Below, in pieces: positions 37,547 through 51,650 of a DNA stretch of 64,000 bases. The notes below the pieces were generated by a model, which was not told the DNA's origin, ran no database searches, and was given only the letters and a program-made list of their open reading frames with translations. The stretch covers positions 53,970,650 to 54,034,649 of the forward strand of contig NC_068981.1 in assembly GCF_001194135.2 (NCBI RefSeq), given 5' to 3'. Origin of the DNA: Octopus bimaculoides (taxonomy: Eukaryota). Positions within the stretch are counted from its first letter, which is position 1; each line of letters opens with the position of its first letter. Made by a program: the position numbers and the translations under genes.

Positions 37547-39285
37547 GATAAACTTGTTTTTTATGTTTGCTTTTGGTTCAAATAAAAATAATTTTAACAA
37601 GAGCTCACAGCTACCATGAGGGACATTATCACAACATTGGCTCTTATTAGAATATAAAAAGTACATTTATATGAAATCAATCAATCGAAAGAGGTGAAAA
37701 GTCATGAAATTCATAAATAACATCTGAGTTGGACAGGACTTACACATGATATGTTTCTAAATGAAAGAGGAAATGGTACACTTATTTGAAGAATAATCTA
37801 CGAAAACATTCTTTATTGCAATATGATAATTATGTAGCTTTTAGCAATTCTAGTTGCTGGGACTACTGAATAGCAAAATGTTATCCGCTGATGAAAAAAA
37901 TTTTTTAGACTCCCATCTCGACATCTTACTGTTAAACCACTTCGTTGCAGGCGATTAATTTCACCACATTCTTTCTGAATCACTGTACCGAGGCAATCTA
38001 AACATTTCTAGTCTTCATTAAGATTTCGTTTCCTTTTCTTTGGGTCAAATTCATTCACTAACGACCGTAAATAATATATGATGTATATAACACAATTCTT
38101 GAAAACGGAAATTCAGATTTTTTTTTATGTGAGAACGTTTTCTAACTTGTGAAAATCTAATAACAAAGGTGTCGAGCCCTTGTATGGAAATACACAAGTG
38201 AAACTATTGTTATTCATAATTTTTATTCCATTTCTGATTGTCACAAACGCAAGATGAGATAAATATCCATATACATTAATGAATTATGACTGTAGATCAT
38301 AGTAAGGCCTTAAATTAGGATTTAAGTCAACGTAGGATAATCAAAATTATAAACCAAATGCATTATACAGCAAATAAATTAACAATGAATGTGAAAACTT
38401 TCAGTGTTACTGTCATGTTAGAAACAAATTTAGAGAGAGAGAAAAAAGAAAGAGATAGATAGATTGATAGACAGATAGACAGATAGACAGATAGATAGAT
38501 AAAGAGAAAGAGAGAGAGAGAGAGAGAGAGGAAGAGAAATAGAGAGAGAAAGAGAGAGGACGTGTTTGGCAAACAGAAGATTTCGTTTTTGTACTTGTTC
38601 TTAAAGTCTCGTGTTCGCTTGTCAAATGTTCTTACAGTTTGTTTTCTAATTAGCTGTAGTAAAAGCTCAGATTTTAACTCCAGAGCCGAACATAGTAATC
38701 TCTCTTTTCATGTCGTTACTCTCATTAAGTTTTGGACGTTGCTCTCCGCCGAATTCGAGCTATTTCTGCACTAATGTCTTATTCTCGAACATCTATATCC
38801 TGAATTTCCGTCTCTAACACCTTTTTTTTTATTCGGCACGCTCTTTCTCCTGTAAGTGCTTTTATTCTCTTGTTTGAAACCGATTTCGATCTTACCTGAA
38901 CCCCAACTTTCCTTCAAATAGTGAAACATCTACAGTGATGTCGTTTTCAACTACATCTTCCCGGAACCTTGACATGTTATTGCCCCAGATCCCATAGCTG
39001 TCTCGTTATCTCCAAATCTACACTCATAATCGACGAAAAATCCCAGTTCCCTATCACCGATAATTTCAATTGCATTTCTATCATTTTCATGTACAGCAAG
39101 TCAATGAAGAAGCTTCATTACGATCTCCCGATCTGACAACAGCAGCAAAAAAATCATATTCTTACATGTTAAAAAGTAGGACACATAATGCAATCCCAGA
39201 TATACTATATCGAACAGGTTTGGAAAAGCCTTGTACGTTGATACAATCATTAAAAGACTGTTGCTTTGAGCAGTGACTCAAAAGG

Positions 39286-39447
39286 TCTTCTTCTTCTTCT
39301 TCTTCTTCTTCTTCTTCTTCTTCTTCTTCTTCTTCTTCTTCTTCTTCTTCTTCTTCTTCTTCTTCTTCTTCTTCTTCTTCTTCTTCTTCTTCTTCTTCTT
39401 CTTCTTCTTCTTCTTCTTCTTCTTCTTCTTCTTCTTCTTCTTCTTCA

Positions 39448-39517
<70 letters not shown>
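39286..39517. repeat. (TTC)~53 + (TAT)~23 array forming the 3' tail of family C
   Basis: Directly visible. Confidence 0.95.
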
Positions 39518-40075
39518 GAGTGAGAGAGCAGTGCATGCCATCAAAGTGACACTGGGGTAAAATATGCGAAGCCCATTATACCCATCATGACTATCCACCT
39601 GATAAAGGTACACCAGGCACAAGCATCACAACCATATGTGCGCGACATAGTGATCTCATATCAAGATAAACAGCGCATGACCTCGCAGGTGGGGCCCAGT
39701 TAGAATTTTCTTCAATTCGAGTAATCCATCCCGCTCAAAAGGTCCCTGAATAAAGTTTGTTTAAGGATGTTGAGCAAAACACCCATGTTTCCAAAGGTGA
39801 ATTAGTCAAACCCCAAAGAATTCCTCTCAACACATGGCTATGATGCTCGCCCACTATTTCTGCTCGTGATCAGAGATGCACATATCGTCAGCCACCAAGG
39901 GACATGCTCAACTGGTTAAGGTCAAACAACTGACAAGCAAATCTGTGGTATTAAGCAGAATATTTGCTGTAGCCCATCTTTTTATATCAAGACAAAACAA
40001 TGTACATGATAACACTTCCAATCAATTAAGATCAGAAGCCATGAGAGCCAATGCCTGGTACTGCATCCGGGCATT
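39518..40075 (-). mobile_element. ~560-bp non-coding retroposon (family C), full length with an (AAT)n tail
   Basis: 5' part is the reverse complement of 60681-60881; ends CTCTCTCACTC followed by (AAT)n; no ORF. Confidence 0.75.
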
Positions 40076-41351
40076 ATTGGAGTAGTGGATTGGTAGAAAC
40101 AAAAGTTACCTTTTTCAGTCATCCGCTTCACTCTTCTACGTTCTTAGTTCAAATTCCACTGGAATTGACATTGTCTTTACCAAGAACAGTTATGATCAGT
40201 ACATCCATCCAACCGTATCGGCCTGGAGCTGATCCGCGAAATTATTAATATTTATTTAGCAACATATTCTATGATCCACAAAAGTGTTGTAATAACAGCT
40301 ATAATAACATAAGCACATTAAAGAATATACGAGTTACTGAAGTATTTTTTGTAAAAAGTCTGAGTAAGTTTGTGCAGCTAATATCCTTTTCCACTCTAGG
40401 CACAAGATAAAGGTTCAACATGCGATGTAACGTTCATGAAACACACACGGAAATGTAATAGTGTGGGCAATTCCGTAAACAAGAGCTAACAATTTCTTCT
40501 TCGGCATTTTGTATTTAGCTTAAGTTGGCTTCATTTCAATTCCTGATGGTAGCCATTTCACATCTCGTAATCGGTAATACTCTAGGTACGAAACTGGGAC
40601 ATCACATAATCTCATTATCCCGTTCTGCATATAAATTTATTTATGTGAGAAATCAATAATAGAAATTATTCTACTCGTGTGAAGTACTTGAATAGTTTAC
40701 ACGCGATCTCATAATTATTCATTTTGATAATATTATGTTTCTTTGAGATCTTTATTCTCAAACATTTTGAAGTTTGTTGTTGACATCATTAATGCATCAC
40801 CCGACTGAACAATTTATTTTATGATGTCTCCTATCCACATGATAAATATATTGCAAAAGCATTTAGTCTTTACAACGGAAAAATTATCTAAAACACGTCT
40901 GCATTACGAACCAATTGAAAATTTACATATGTAAATGGTTACTATAGTGTAACATCTTCCAGAAAAAGAAATGTTTAAAGAAACTGAAGAAATATGCAGA
41001 TGGAACTTCCAAACTATTGAATTGTTTTTGGTATTTAGACTTAAGTCAACTCTTTAAAAACAGGCCTTCAAGCCTATACTCATCCGGTCCTTTTGGGCAA
41101 TAGGGAATATTTCTTGTCCAATGTACTTTGGCTTTTTTCTGTACAGTAGTGTGTGATTTGAGTGAGGTTTGGTTGTAATTTTTAGCTGATTGTGCGACTT
41201 CGTAGAAGCTTCCTGTTGCTGGTAATCAGTGGTAATTTCACTATATTTTAATTTGATTTTATTGCTTTTATTTATAAACATACACGCATACGCAAACGCG
41301 CGCATGCACATACATTCACAAGCACGCACGCGCACACACACACACACACAA

Positions 41352-41389
<38 letters not shown>

Positions 41390-41444
41390 ACGCACACGCA
41401 CGCATTACATTTTATAGATATTTAACTTTTTATTATTTATGCAA

Positions 41445-41635
41445 GAGTTTAGCACGCCGGGCGAAATGCTTGGAGGTATTTCGCCCGTCTTTATGTTCTG
41501 AGTTCAAATTCCGTCGAGGTCGACTTTGTCTTTCATCCTTTCAGGGTTGATTAAATAAGTACCAGTTACGCATTGGAGTCGATATAATCGACTTAATCCC
41601 CTCTCTCAAGCTGACCTTATGACAAAAAATTTGAA
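41445..41635 (+). mobile_element. SINE family A
   Basis: GTTTAGCACGCCGGGCGAAATGC...GAGTTCAAATTCCGTCGAGGTCGACTTTG. Confidence 0.85.
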
Positions 41636-41768
41636 ATAATTGTTTATGCAAGAATAGTTATGGAATGTCACAGGAAACATCAGACTGGCTCGCTCTAGCT
41701 CGGTTTATCTGAAAATTATATGTGTGTTCTCAGTATCAGAATTTGTTTAATAAAAAAGAAAAGAACTA

Positions 41769-44105
41769 CAGTGGAACCTCGCAGTACAAGTGCACCATTG
41801 TACGAGTAATTTGTTGTACGAGTAATTTGTTGTACGAGTAATTTGTTGTACGAGTAATTTGTTGTACGAGTAATTTGTTGTACGAGTAATTTCTTGCACG
41901 AGCCGAGGCTCGTGCGAATTTTTTTCTTGAAGTACAAGCAGAAATCCGCAGTACGAACGAGTTTCATACAAGCAACCGCTGGTCGGCGCTTAACTCGTGC
42001 ACTTTCCCAACAGGCGCGGTCTCCGCTCGCTCAGTTCACGTGTTTATCTTGTTGTATTAGAAAGTTAGTGCAAAGGACAGAGCTGAGAAGAAGAAAAAGC
42101 TGATTGCAATAGAATTGAAAAAGTAAATAATTGATAAACATGGGAGAGGAGTGCGACCGAAGAACGTCGACGATTTGCACCATCCTGAAGAAAAAGGATG
42201 TGATCAAGGCCGTTATAACAGCAAAGGCGTCTCCAGGATCTCTAAGCAACGTACATCTGTTCACGAAAGTATGGAAAAATTGCTTCTCCTGTGGATCAAC
42301 GAGAAGCAACTCACAGGGGATACGGTTACGGAGACCATCATCTACGAGAAAGCACAGGCGCTGTATGGGGATCTCCCGAAGCAGAAACCTGGAACATCGA
42401 TGGAGGAGAAATCAGCAGACGCATTTAAGGCCAGTCGCGACTGGTTTGATAATTTCAAGAAGAGAACTGGTGTTCATAGCGTCGTCAGGCATGGAGAAAC
42501 AGCGAGTTCTGACGCAAAGGCAGCTGAAGATTTCGTGCGTGAATTCCGTCGGCTCATCGCAGCCGAAGGGTACATCGCACAACAGGTATTCAACTGTGAT
42601 GAAACTGGCCTTTTTTGGGGAAAAATGGCCGGAAGAACTTACATAAGTGCAGAGGCCACAAGCCTATGAAAATGCCAGGCCACAAGCCTATGAAAGATAG
42701 GTTAATTCTTACCCTTTCTGCCAATGTGAGTGGAGACTTGAAGATTAAGCCGCTCTTTGTCTACCATTTCGAAAACTCACGAGCGTTCAAGTCGTATAAA
42801 ATTCCGAAGGAGAAGCTGTAGATCATGTGGAGGGCAAACGTTAAAACCTGAGTCACCAGGCAATTCTTCTCCGAGTGGGTCAGCCTCGTCTTCGGACCAG
42901 CAGTGAAAAAGTACTTTTCGGCCTCTCCTTGACAATGCTCCTGCTCACCCTCCTAACCTCGAAGATCATATCCTGGTTGCATTTAAATTTATAAAAATTC
43001 TGTACCTTTCATGCAACCTACCCCTATCTTGCTGCCCATGGAACAACAGGTGATTTTTAATTTTAAGAAATTGTACACCAAATTCCTGTTTCGTCGGTGC
43101 CTTGAAGTTACCGAAAATACAAATCCAACCCTTCGTGAGTTTTTGGAAGGAGCACTACAACATTGTAAACTACCTGAAAAATCATTGATATGGTCTGACA
43201 GGGTTTAACGAGGAGAACGCTGAATTCTGCATGGAGGAAACTCTGGCCTGGCTGCATATCCAAAAGAGACTTCGAGGGTTTTGAGTCTGAGGTATCTGTA
43301 GTCGATGAGATAGTGTCTCTTGGCAAGTCCATGGATCTCGAGGTTGATTATGGGGATATTAACGATCTCGTCGAGAAACACTCAGAGGAGCTGACGACAG
43401 ATGAACTCCTGCAGCTTCAGGAGCAGCAGCACTTGGATGCGGTGGAAGAGATTGGTTCCCCAGAGGAAAATAGAATTCTATCTCTACGAATGACATAAAG
43501 GCAGTGTTGGCAAAGTGGTAATGTGTTTCTGAATTTGTCGTAAAATATTCTGAAAAAGTAGCTACAGGTCGTGCAGCTGCTTTTTTTAATGATACCGCTC
43601 TGGCACATTTTCGTAACATTTTGAAAGGCAGGAAAAGGAGACTTCTCTTGATGTTCCTAATGAAACGACCTGCAAATGTGAAAAGTGAAGAACGTGTGCC
43701 CCAAAAGCCTAAATCAAGCGAAGTGAGAGAGCAAATGCCAGAAATTGTTCTTCCTGAAGTCTTAATGGAAAGAGAATCTCCTTCCAAACAGTAATCCTCC
43801 TCTTCCTCCCCGCCATATCATCTTCCTCGCACACAAATCGTCTCATCTTTAAGGTAATTCAGTTAATAAAACCAGTTTACATACTTCTTTTGCATTCTCT
43901 CTTTTATAATTGTTATTTTACTTGTAAATACACATTTTTTGTTTTAAAACCCATAAAAAATTATTTTTGGGTGGTTTTGCGGGACTGGAATGGATTAATT
44001 ACATTTTAGCTTATTTCAATGGGGTAAATTGATTTGTAAAACGAATAAATCGTAAAACGAACTCGGTCATGGAACGACTTAAACTTGCACTGCGAGGTAT
44101 CACTG
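41769..44105 (+). mobile_element. Full-length decayed Tigger/pogo-family transposon (2337 bp)
   Basis: TA|CAGTGGAACCTCGCAGTACAAGT ... ACTTGCACTGCGAGGTATCACTG|TA (23-bp TIR, 3 mismatches); transposase in broken frames over ~42060-43794: CENP-B-type HTH (MEKLLLLWINEKQL..FKASRDWFDNFKKR), VFNCDETGLFW, HKPMKDRL, ending ESPSKQ*. Confidence 0.95.
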
Positions 44106-44774
44106 TACCTCTGTTCTCTACATAAAACCTCCATTCATCCTCATAAGCAAACATATATTAACGCTCACCATGTATAAACGTAAAGAATATCAAATGTAAA
44201 ATTCCAAGGTATAAACAATATTTTAACATCTTTCTGAAATGTAAACAATTTTTTTCGAATCGATAGTTCCCCCGCTTAAAATATAAAGAACATTTTTAGA
44301 ACGTTGTGAGTTTATTCTTAATATTTTAAATATTTTTAAAAGAAAATTTGTTAACAAAATGTAAACTGTCTGTGTTTACATTTATGCATATTTCATTAGC
44401 AAAATATGCTAAGAGATATACGAAATATATTTCAGAGCAAACTGGCTCATGATTGAGGCATTTAAAAAATTTTCTGTATGGAAAAGTTTGAAATAAAACA
44501 AACTCATATTAGGAAGACTAGTTCGTTATTATCAAAGCTAAGTGATTTTTTTAATATTATATCTGGATAGGATTAAAGTATCTCAGTTAGTAATATTTCA
44601 GTTTGTAATGGTAATATCTATCACAAAACTAATTCCAACATATCTCTTTCTATAGTGAAACTTAAAGTCATGTTTACTGCAACAAATATATATATATATA
44701 CATATATACGCTGTTGGCTCGTCCCTAGAATCCAATGATTGACTTCTCCTAGACGAATATTTGAACCATTAATG

Positions 44775-44896
44775 CCGGTATACCAATTTCAGATTACCTC
44801 CCATTCAGATTACCTCCCATTCAGATTATCTCCACCTAAAATCATTCCCCAAATGTTCGTCACCGTGATAGCAAATAGGGAGGTAATGGGTGGACC
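44775..44896. mobile_element. Small element with 17-bp internal repeats and imperfect inverted ends (Mutator-like?)
   Basis: TTCAGATTACCTCCCA x2.5; right end GGGAGGTAATGGGTGGACC; flanks CATTAATG and CATTAAATG. Confidence 0.4.
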
Positions 44897-45059
44897 CATT
44901 AAATGCGTGCGTTGATGTTTATTATGTGTGTGTATGCATAATGTACATTTGTAAATGAAAGAAAGTAATGTAAATCAAAGAGAATGTAGAGCTTTCATTT
45001 AGTTGAAGTTTTCACTTAGTTACTTAAAGCCGAAGAAATTTGAAAGAAGCATATCCAGA

Positions 45060-45590
45060 ATGGCTACTTTTAGTACATAAGACAAAGCCGACAACATTGA
45101 TTTGATATTTGATTATGTTGCTAACAACAAATACGGACCTCATATGTCCAAAAACGAAAAGGCAAACCTATGTAGGCTCTCCTAAGCATTATATTGCACG
45201 GAGTGATCAACTCAACTATTGTTACAGAGCAGAAAAAGTAAGAAATTCTGAAAATGAATACCGAGAAGTCTTGGTCATTCGAAATGAGGATGAACAGAAG
45301 AGTATTATTTCAAGTATTCACATGGGCTGTGGAGATAGTGATTACTGCCCTCCTGTTTGGAAAGGTATCTTGGTGTCGACAGAAGGGCTAAAATTTTAGA
45401 GAGGTTTTAATGGAAAAATGTGGGCAAAGACACGAAAGAGTTCGTTTTGTCGTGTGATCGGTGTCAAAAAGTGAACCATGTTCACAAAATTAATGTTGGA
45501 GAGCTTCATCCTGTTCCTGTGCCAAAGGAAGTGGTGACCCAAATTGGTGTCGATATCACCAATTTGCCGAAAGATGGATATTAGATATAT
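45060..45590 (+). mobile_element. GIN1/Ginger-type integrase 5' remnant (N-terminal region, H2C2 zinc finger, start of catalytic core)
   Basis: IFDYVANNKY...NEKANL, LVIRNEDEQKSIISSIH, ERF*WKNVGKDTKEFVLSCDRCQKVN...LHPVPVPKEVVTQIGVDITNLP; several stops and frameshifts. Confidence 0.8.
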
Positions 45591-45594
45591 CTAA

Positions 45595-45702
45595 ATATGT
45601 GCAAAAATATCTGGTTTCAGCATGTTGTTAATCTTCCATAATAACTAGTTCAAAACACTTGTTCTTACTGACCCTTATATTATGGCCGCTACTGTATATA
45701 TA

Positions 45703-45737
<35 letters not shown>

Positions 45738-46345
45738 TCTGTCTGTCTATCTATCTATCTATCTACACACACACACACATATATGTATGTATACACACAC
45801 ACATATATATATATATATGTGTGTGTGTGCGTGTATCTACACACACGCCTGTGCATTCATAGACACACACATACACATAAACAAGTAAACATTTATTTAC
45901 ATGCACGTGTATATCCCGATACACGCACACAGTTACGCATAAATACTAACACATTCAAGCAATCTCTTCAATCATTATAAAAGTCACAGATGACCAGCCG
46001 GTATCTGAGTCAAAGGATCTTCTGAAGTACATTTGTATCAAGATTTGACGTAACTGTCGGCCTGAGACTTTGATGTGGGCATCTTGCTACTTAAAAAATT
46101 AATCAGGTGTCGATAAGAACATTCTAAGTAAACAGTTTACAGGGGAATGTTGGTTGTTTTCGGAGTCAACTGTGGCTAATATTCGTCGTACTTTGATGCC
46201 ACTGAGGTCGTTTGATTGCCTTTCATGAAAGTAACAGAAATTTAGTTTAATCTCTTTATGTCGATTTGTTACTATGACAACGTTCAAACATCTGTTCCAA
46301 CGCCATGTAACAACCCCGATTTTCCAGTTGTACAATTTCAATGAG
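45595..46345 (-). mobile_element. Degraded RTE-type LINE APE endonuclease region, interrupted by a microsatellite
   Basis: Remnants KIG.VTW, SGIKVRR, PTSKS...IP.GHL, INNM..IF.H in the expected order. Confidence 0.55.
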
Positions 46346-46719
46346 GGATAATTGAAAATAAAGCTTTCACGTCCTTTGTTCATGCTAAATGGTAATGCAA
46401 GAACGAAATCGATATCTTTGAAGTCTTATTTTATTTAGTCTAGTAATTAATCCCACGATCCTAAGATCCTGTCATAAAAGTCTGTTAGTCTGCTGATTAA
46501 GCTAATTTAAAGAGCCGTCAATAAACCGTACTCGGGTTTTACGCTCTGTAGATATTAGAAATATTAATATTTGCTGCTGTTGTTCAAGCAGATCTATGAT
46601 CAAAAAGCAATCTAGTCATGACCATCCCACCTATTTTTTTTTTCAAATACAGTGTAGTGTATCCAACATTTTTAAAAAGACAAATAGGTATAACCTAAAG
46701 GAAGTTTGGTTCATTTTAG

Positions 46720-47979
46720 CAGGGCGGTTTGTTCGGGTTTAGCCCGAGTATAACTTTAATAAAGTGAACGTGTATTTGCAAGCTGATTTAATTTCTGCCA
46801 ACACTGACTTCAAGTACGTAATTTCAGCCAATTATTCAGGCTCCTTTTATTGAGCCTGGTCGCAGTTCGTTTATTTTCATTCAACGTCTCGCGATNNNNN
46901 NNNNNNNNNNNNNNNNNNNNNNNNNNNNNNNNNNNNNNNNNNNNNNNNNNNNNNNNNNNNNNNNNNNNNNNNNNNNNNNNNNNNNNNNNNNNNNNNNNNN
47001 NNNNNNNNNNNNNNNNNNNNNNNNNNNNNNNNNNNNNNNNNNNNNNNNNNNNNNNNNNNNNNNNNNNNNNNNNNNNNNNNNNNNNNNNNNNNNNNNNNNN
47101 NNNNNNNNNNNNNNNNNNNNNNNNNNNNNNNNNNNNNNNNNNNNNNNNNNNNNNNNNNNNNNNNNNNNNNNNNNNNNNNNNNNNNNNNNNNNNNNNNNNN
47201 NNNNNNNNNNNNNNNNNNNNNAGAGTTAGGGTTAGGGTTAGGGTTAGGGTTAAAGCAAATTTAAAATGAAAAAAGCAAATAAAACGAAGGTATGGAGATT
47301 AAATACGCTTTACATCGCTTAATCAGCCAAAGAAGTAAATGTAAACAACTGAATACTTGTCAGTGATTGGTTGAAATTATCGAAATTAGACAATTTTTTA
47401 CATGAAATAAATTCGAATACAAAAATATTTTTCTGTTCTATAACACAAAATAGATAAGTATACGAAGTTTGAAAGTCTTTCGGTACCAAAAACACTACGT
47501 AAAACATTAATGAAAAATGTGGCCCCCGTTTTAAAATAGATCCACGAAAAATTATCTAGTAACCCAGGCTGATACGAACGAGCCTGGTAGGTGAAAATGA
47601 CGAACTGGCATCTCTTTTCAAGATTACAGGCGACAGTGAGGTCGCTGTTGTTTGATGTGTACTCCACTTTCATTATTTGATTGCTTTTGTTCTGTGCGTC
47701 TAAGTGTAAAGATCAGTTGTGTTTTGTATGGTTGCCTTATTTTTACCCTTAACTTAGAAATAGTTCTAGATATAAAAAATAAGCCATTTGCGGCTAAAAA
47801 TATTGCGGAAAAACGTGTGGCAGTCTTTCGTTAGAAGTAGCAAACTTGCTTACTGTTAAATTATCCGTACATATGTAAGTCTGCGGTGTGCATTACATCT
47901 CTTACCTTCTTTTATACATGTGTCTTATGCGAAATCTGTGATGAGCTCGAGTGACGCTGATGACTAGGAGTCGCCTCTG
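46720..47979 (-). mobile_element. MITE family D, copy 1, with a nested TTAGGG MITE
   Basis: 46727-46895 and 47545-47979 are reverse-complement homologous to 48262-49077; ends GAGTCGCCTCTG. Confidence 0.8.
47222..47543. mobile_element. TTAGGG MITE, third copy (right half; left half lies in the gap)
   Basis: (TTAGGG)4, then a right arm closely matching 9375-9558, ending GGCCCCCGTTTTAAAATAGATCC. Confidence 0.85.
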
Positions 47980-47994
47980 ATATGTATACACACA

Positions 47995-48063
<69 letters not shown>

Positions 48064-48261
48064 GCGTTTAGTGGAGCAAGAGCACACAGAGACGGAAAGT
48101 GTTGCTGAAGAGGTCACATGTGTGGTGAAAAATATCCGGACAATGGACATGTGTTAGAATAAGAACAGTAATAAATGAGTGAAAACGAATAAATAGTGCA
48201 TGTGTTTATCTGGGGAAAAATGACCATCTCGAAATACTACACACACACACACACACACATA

Positions 48262-49230
<969 letters not shown>

Positions 49231-50019
49231 TTTTCACTGGGGTATAAAAAATATTTAATAAAAATGTGAGAACTGTCAAAGCTTTTATTATGTTCATAGG
49301 TAGAAACTAATTTTGAAAACTGTGAAACAAGAAAATCAATCGTGAAGAATAAGTTCAAAGACCTCGAATTAGTTAATGAATCATAATTATTTAGGTAGGT
49401 CGAGTAATAACCTACACTTATTTTTGCATATAGGCATTGGAAGAATTTAAGCTCATATTAATAAAATCGCAATCGATGAAAAATACACTTCATCGAAACT
49501 GATATAGACTCATATAAATATCTAATTATAACTTCTCAGTCGCAAACAGTCAAGGAAATGAAACATACTTTCGTTTGGTGAAAAAGGTTTTCTAATTACA
49601 GCTATACAATATAATAGCTTGAAAAGAGCATATTTTATCTACTCGACCAGGACAGGCGGGTCAATAACAAAAATCCCACAGACAAAAATCCTACGCAGTA
49701 AAAAAAAACAAACTGTATTTATTAAAGTTTTCAAAAATTTTCTTACTAATTACATTTATTAGTAACTCTATCGTCTTGTTGAAAAAATTACAGACTACTT
49801 ACAAACACATGCACACACACACACACACATACACACATATACACACAAACACACTCGTATATGTATGTATTCGGAAACTCAAACCACCAATGTTCTGTCT
49901 TATGTGTTTCACATTATTTCTTCCTTTTTATAAAATTTATAACCAGTGCAACGTTGTAGTAACTATATTAACAACATATTTCCTAAATTTTAGATTTTTT
50001 GACAATATTCTGATTGAAC

Positions 50020-50210
50020 AACTGAGAATTTCCCAAGCCCTTTTCACTGTGAAGTAAATACACAACCTTCATAAATTGATAGTTGAATCTTCTATTCCGA
50101 ATTTCCCCTCCGTTCGAAATCAATATACATTAACAACTTTAACAAAGTTTGCTTGGCCAGTACATCCATCTGAATAAAGATCCTTAATATATTCTGCAAA
50201 GGAGTTGTAA
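50020..50210 (-). mobile_element. Possible DDE-type transposase remnant
   Basis: IKDLYSDGCTGQ.NF...FGIE...FTSQ*K resembles an SDGCxGQ...FG...FATSHGK pattern recalled from eukaryotic transposases; superfamily not assigned. Confidence 0.35.
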
Positions 50211-50514
50211 CAAATATGATTAAAATAATAAATTAGATAATATAAATGAATAAGTAAAGCGTGTGGAAGTTTAAACCTTTCCAGAAAAGAAACATTATTT
50301 TTTTAAAAACTATTTTAAAACTCAATTTATCTTCCTTTAAAATAGGACGTTTTACCAGTATTTATTTTATACTTAAAGGTGTGTAAAAAACAACTAAATC
50401 ATAGATACAATTTTCTAACTGTTTACAGTAACATGAATTATCACTGATCTTTCGTTGCGTAGAAATCATGTAGTGTCAGTAAATACGCAGCTTAAAATAT
50501 TATTTTTTCTTTTA

Positions 50515-50652
50515 TTCGTTTACTTGTTTCAATTATTTGACTGCGGTCATGCTAGGGCACTGCCTTGAAGGGGTTTAGTCAAACAACTCGACTCAAGGAC
50601 TTTTTTTTAAAGCCTAGTACTTATTCTATCGGTCATTTTGCCGATCCGCTAA
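50515..50652 (-). mobile_element. SINE family B tail fragment
   Basis: TTTGACTGCGGTCATGCTAGGGCACTGCCTTGAAGG...CTAGTACTTATTCTATCGG. Confidence 0.8.
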
Positions 50653-50795
50653 TTTGTCTAATTTCGTTAATTACCATTTATAGTATTTAAATAGAATGGG
50701 ATATTTTTATCCGTGACTTAAAATCAAAATTTGTAATGTTTTACTGTAGTTTTATTTCCATTTAACCAATGCACAAGTTTCCCACCGAAGGCAAA

Positions 50796-50834
<39 letters not shown>

Positions 50835-51477
50835 AAAACTATACAAAAGCACAACCAGAAGAAGCATCTTCTTTTTACCTGAATAATTCCCTGAATCTAA
50901 TATAATTTTAACAATGTGCCTTAGAGCGACCTAATGTCTTTGATATTTTTTCAAGACACTCTGTTTTTCTGGTTGCACTGTACACGCACTCAATAAATTT
51001 CCATGAGTAAACTAAGAAGAATTAATGTTCTACATAGAGTATTTTCCGATTCCTGTATCCACCATTCATGAACAGGATCAACTTTAGTGTTCTATCCATG
51101 ACGGCAATACAATGCATTGGTAACACTGGATATATATTCACTTCTCACCGTCTTTATCTTTTTATTTCCATTATGATTTGCCATTCCATATTGCCATCTC
51201 GCTTTCTCCGTGCTTGCTTTTGGCTTTAGAATGCAATGTATTTATTTGGTTCTATTTCAGCTCACTAATGGAAGTTATTCTAATGTATGATTTCAATTAG
51301 TAGTAATTAGCCATTCCTTTAAACAACTTTGCTAATGGTTCTTTATTTACAATATATTTAGTAGGCCGTCGGTGCTGTAATTTTCCAGTCAACATATTTC
51401 TCTTCTCTCTATAATTTCTTTATATCGATATTGTACTTCAGCTGACTAGTCATAAGCAGGTTAGGATATCCCGCCAC

Positions 51478-51497
51478 ATCCACCACCACCACCACCA

Positions 51498-51565
<68 letters not shown>

Positions 51566-51604
51566 CACCGCGCCGCCGCCGCAACCACCACCACCAAGAC
51601 CACC

Positions 51605-51635
<31 letters not shown>

Positions 51636-51650
51636 CAAACCACCACCACT
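51478..51650. repeat. Compound (CAC)n(CTA)n(GCC)n triplet array
   Basis: Directly visible. Confidence 0.95.

Noticed and set aside
41798-41893. CRISPR-like regular repeat
   Set aside because: Direct tandem units with no spacers, in a eukaryotic transposon; not a CRISPR array.
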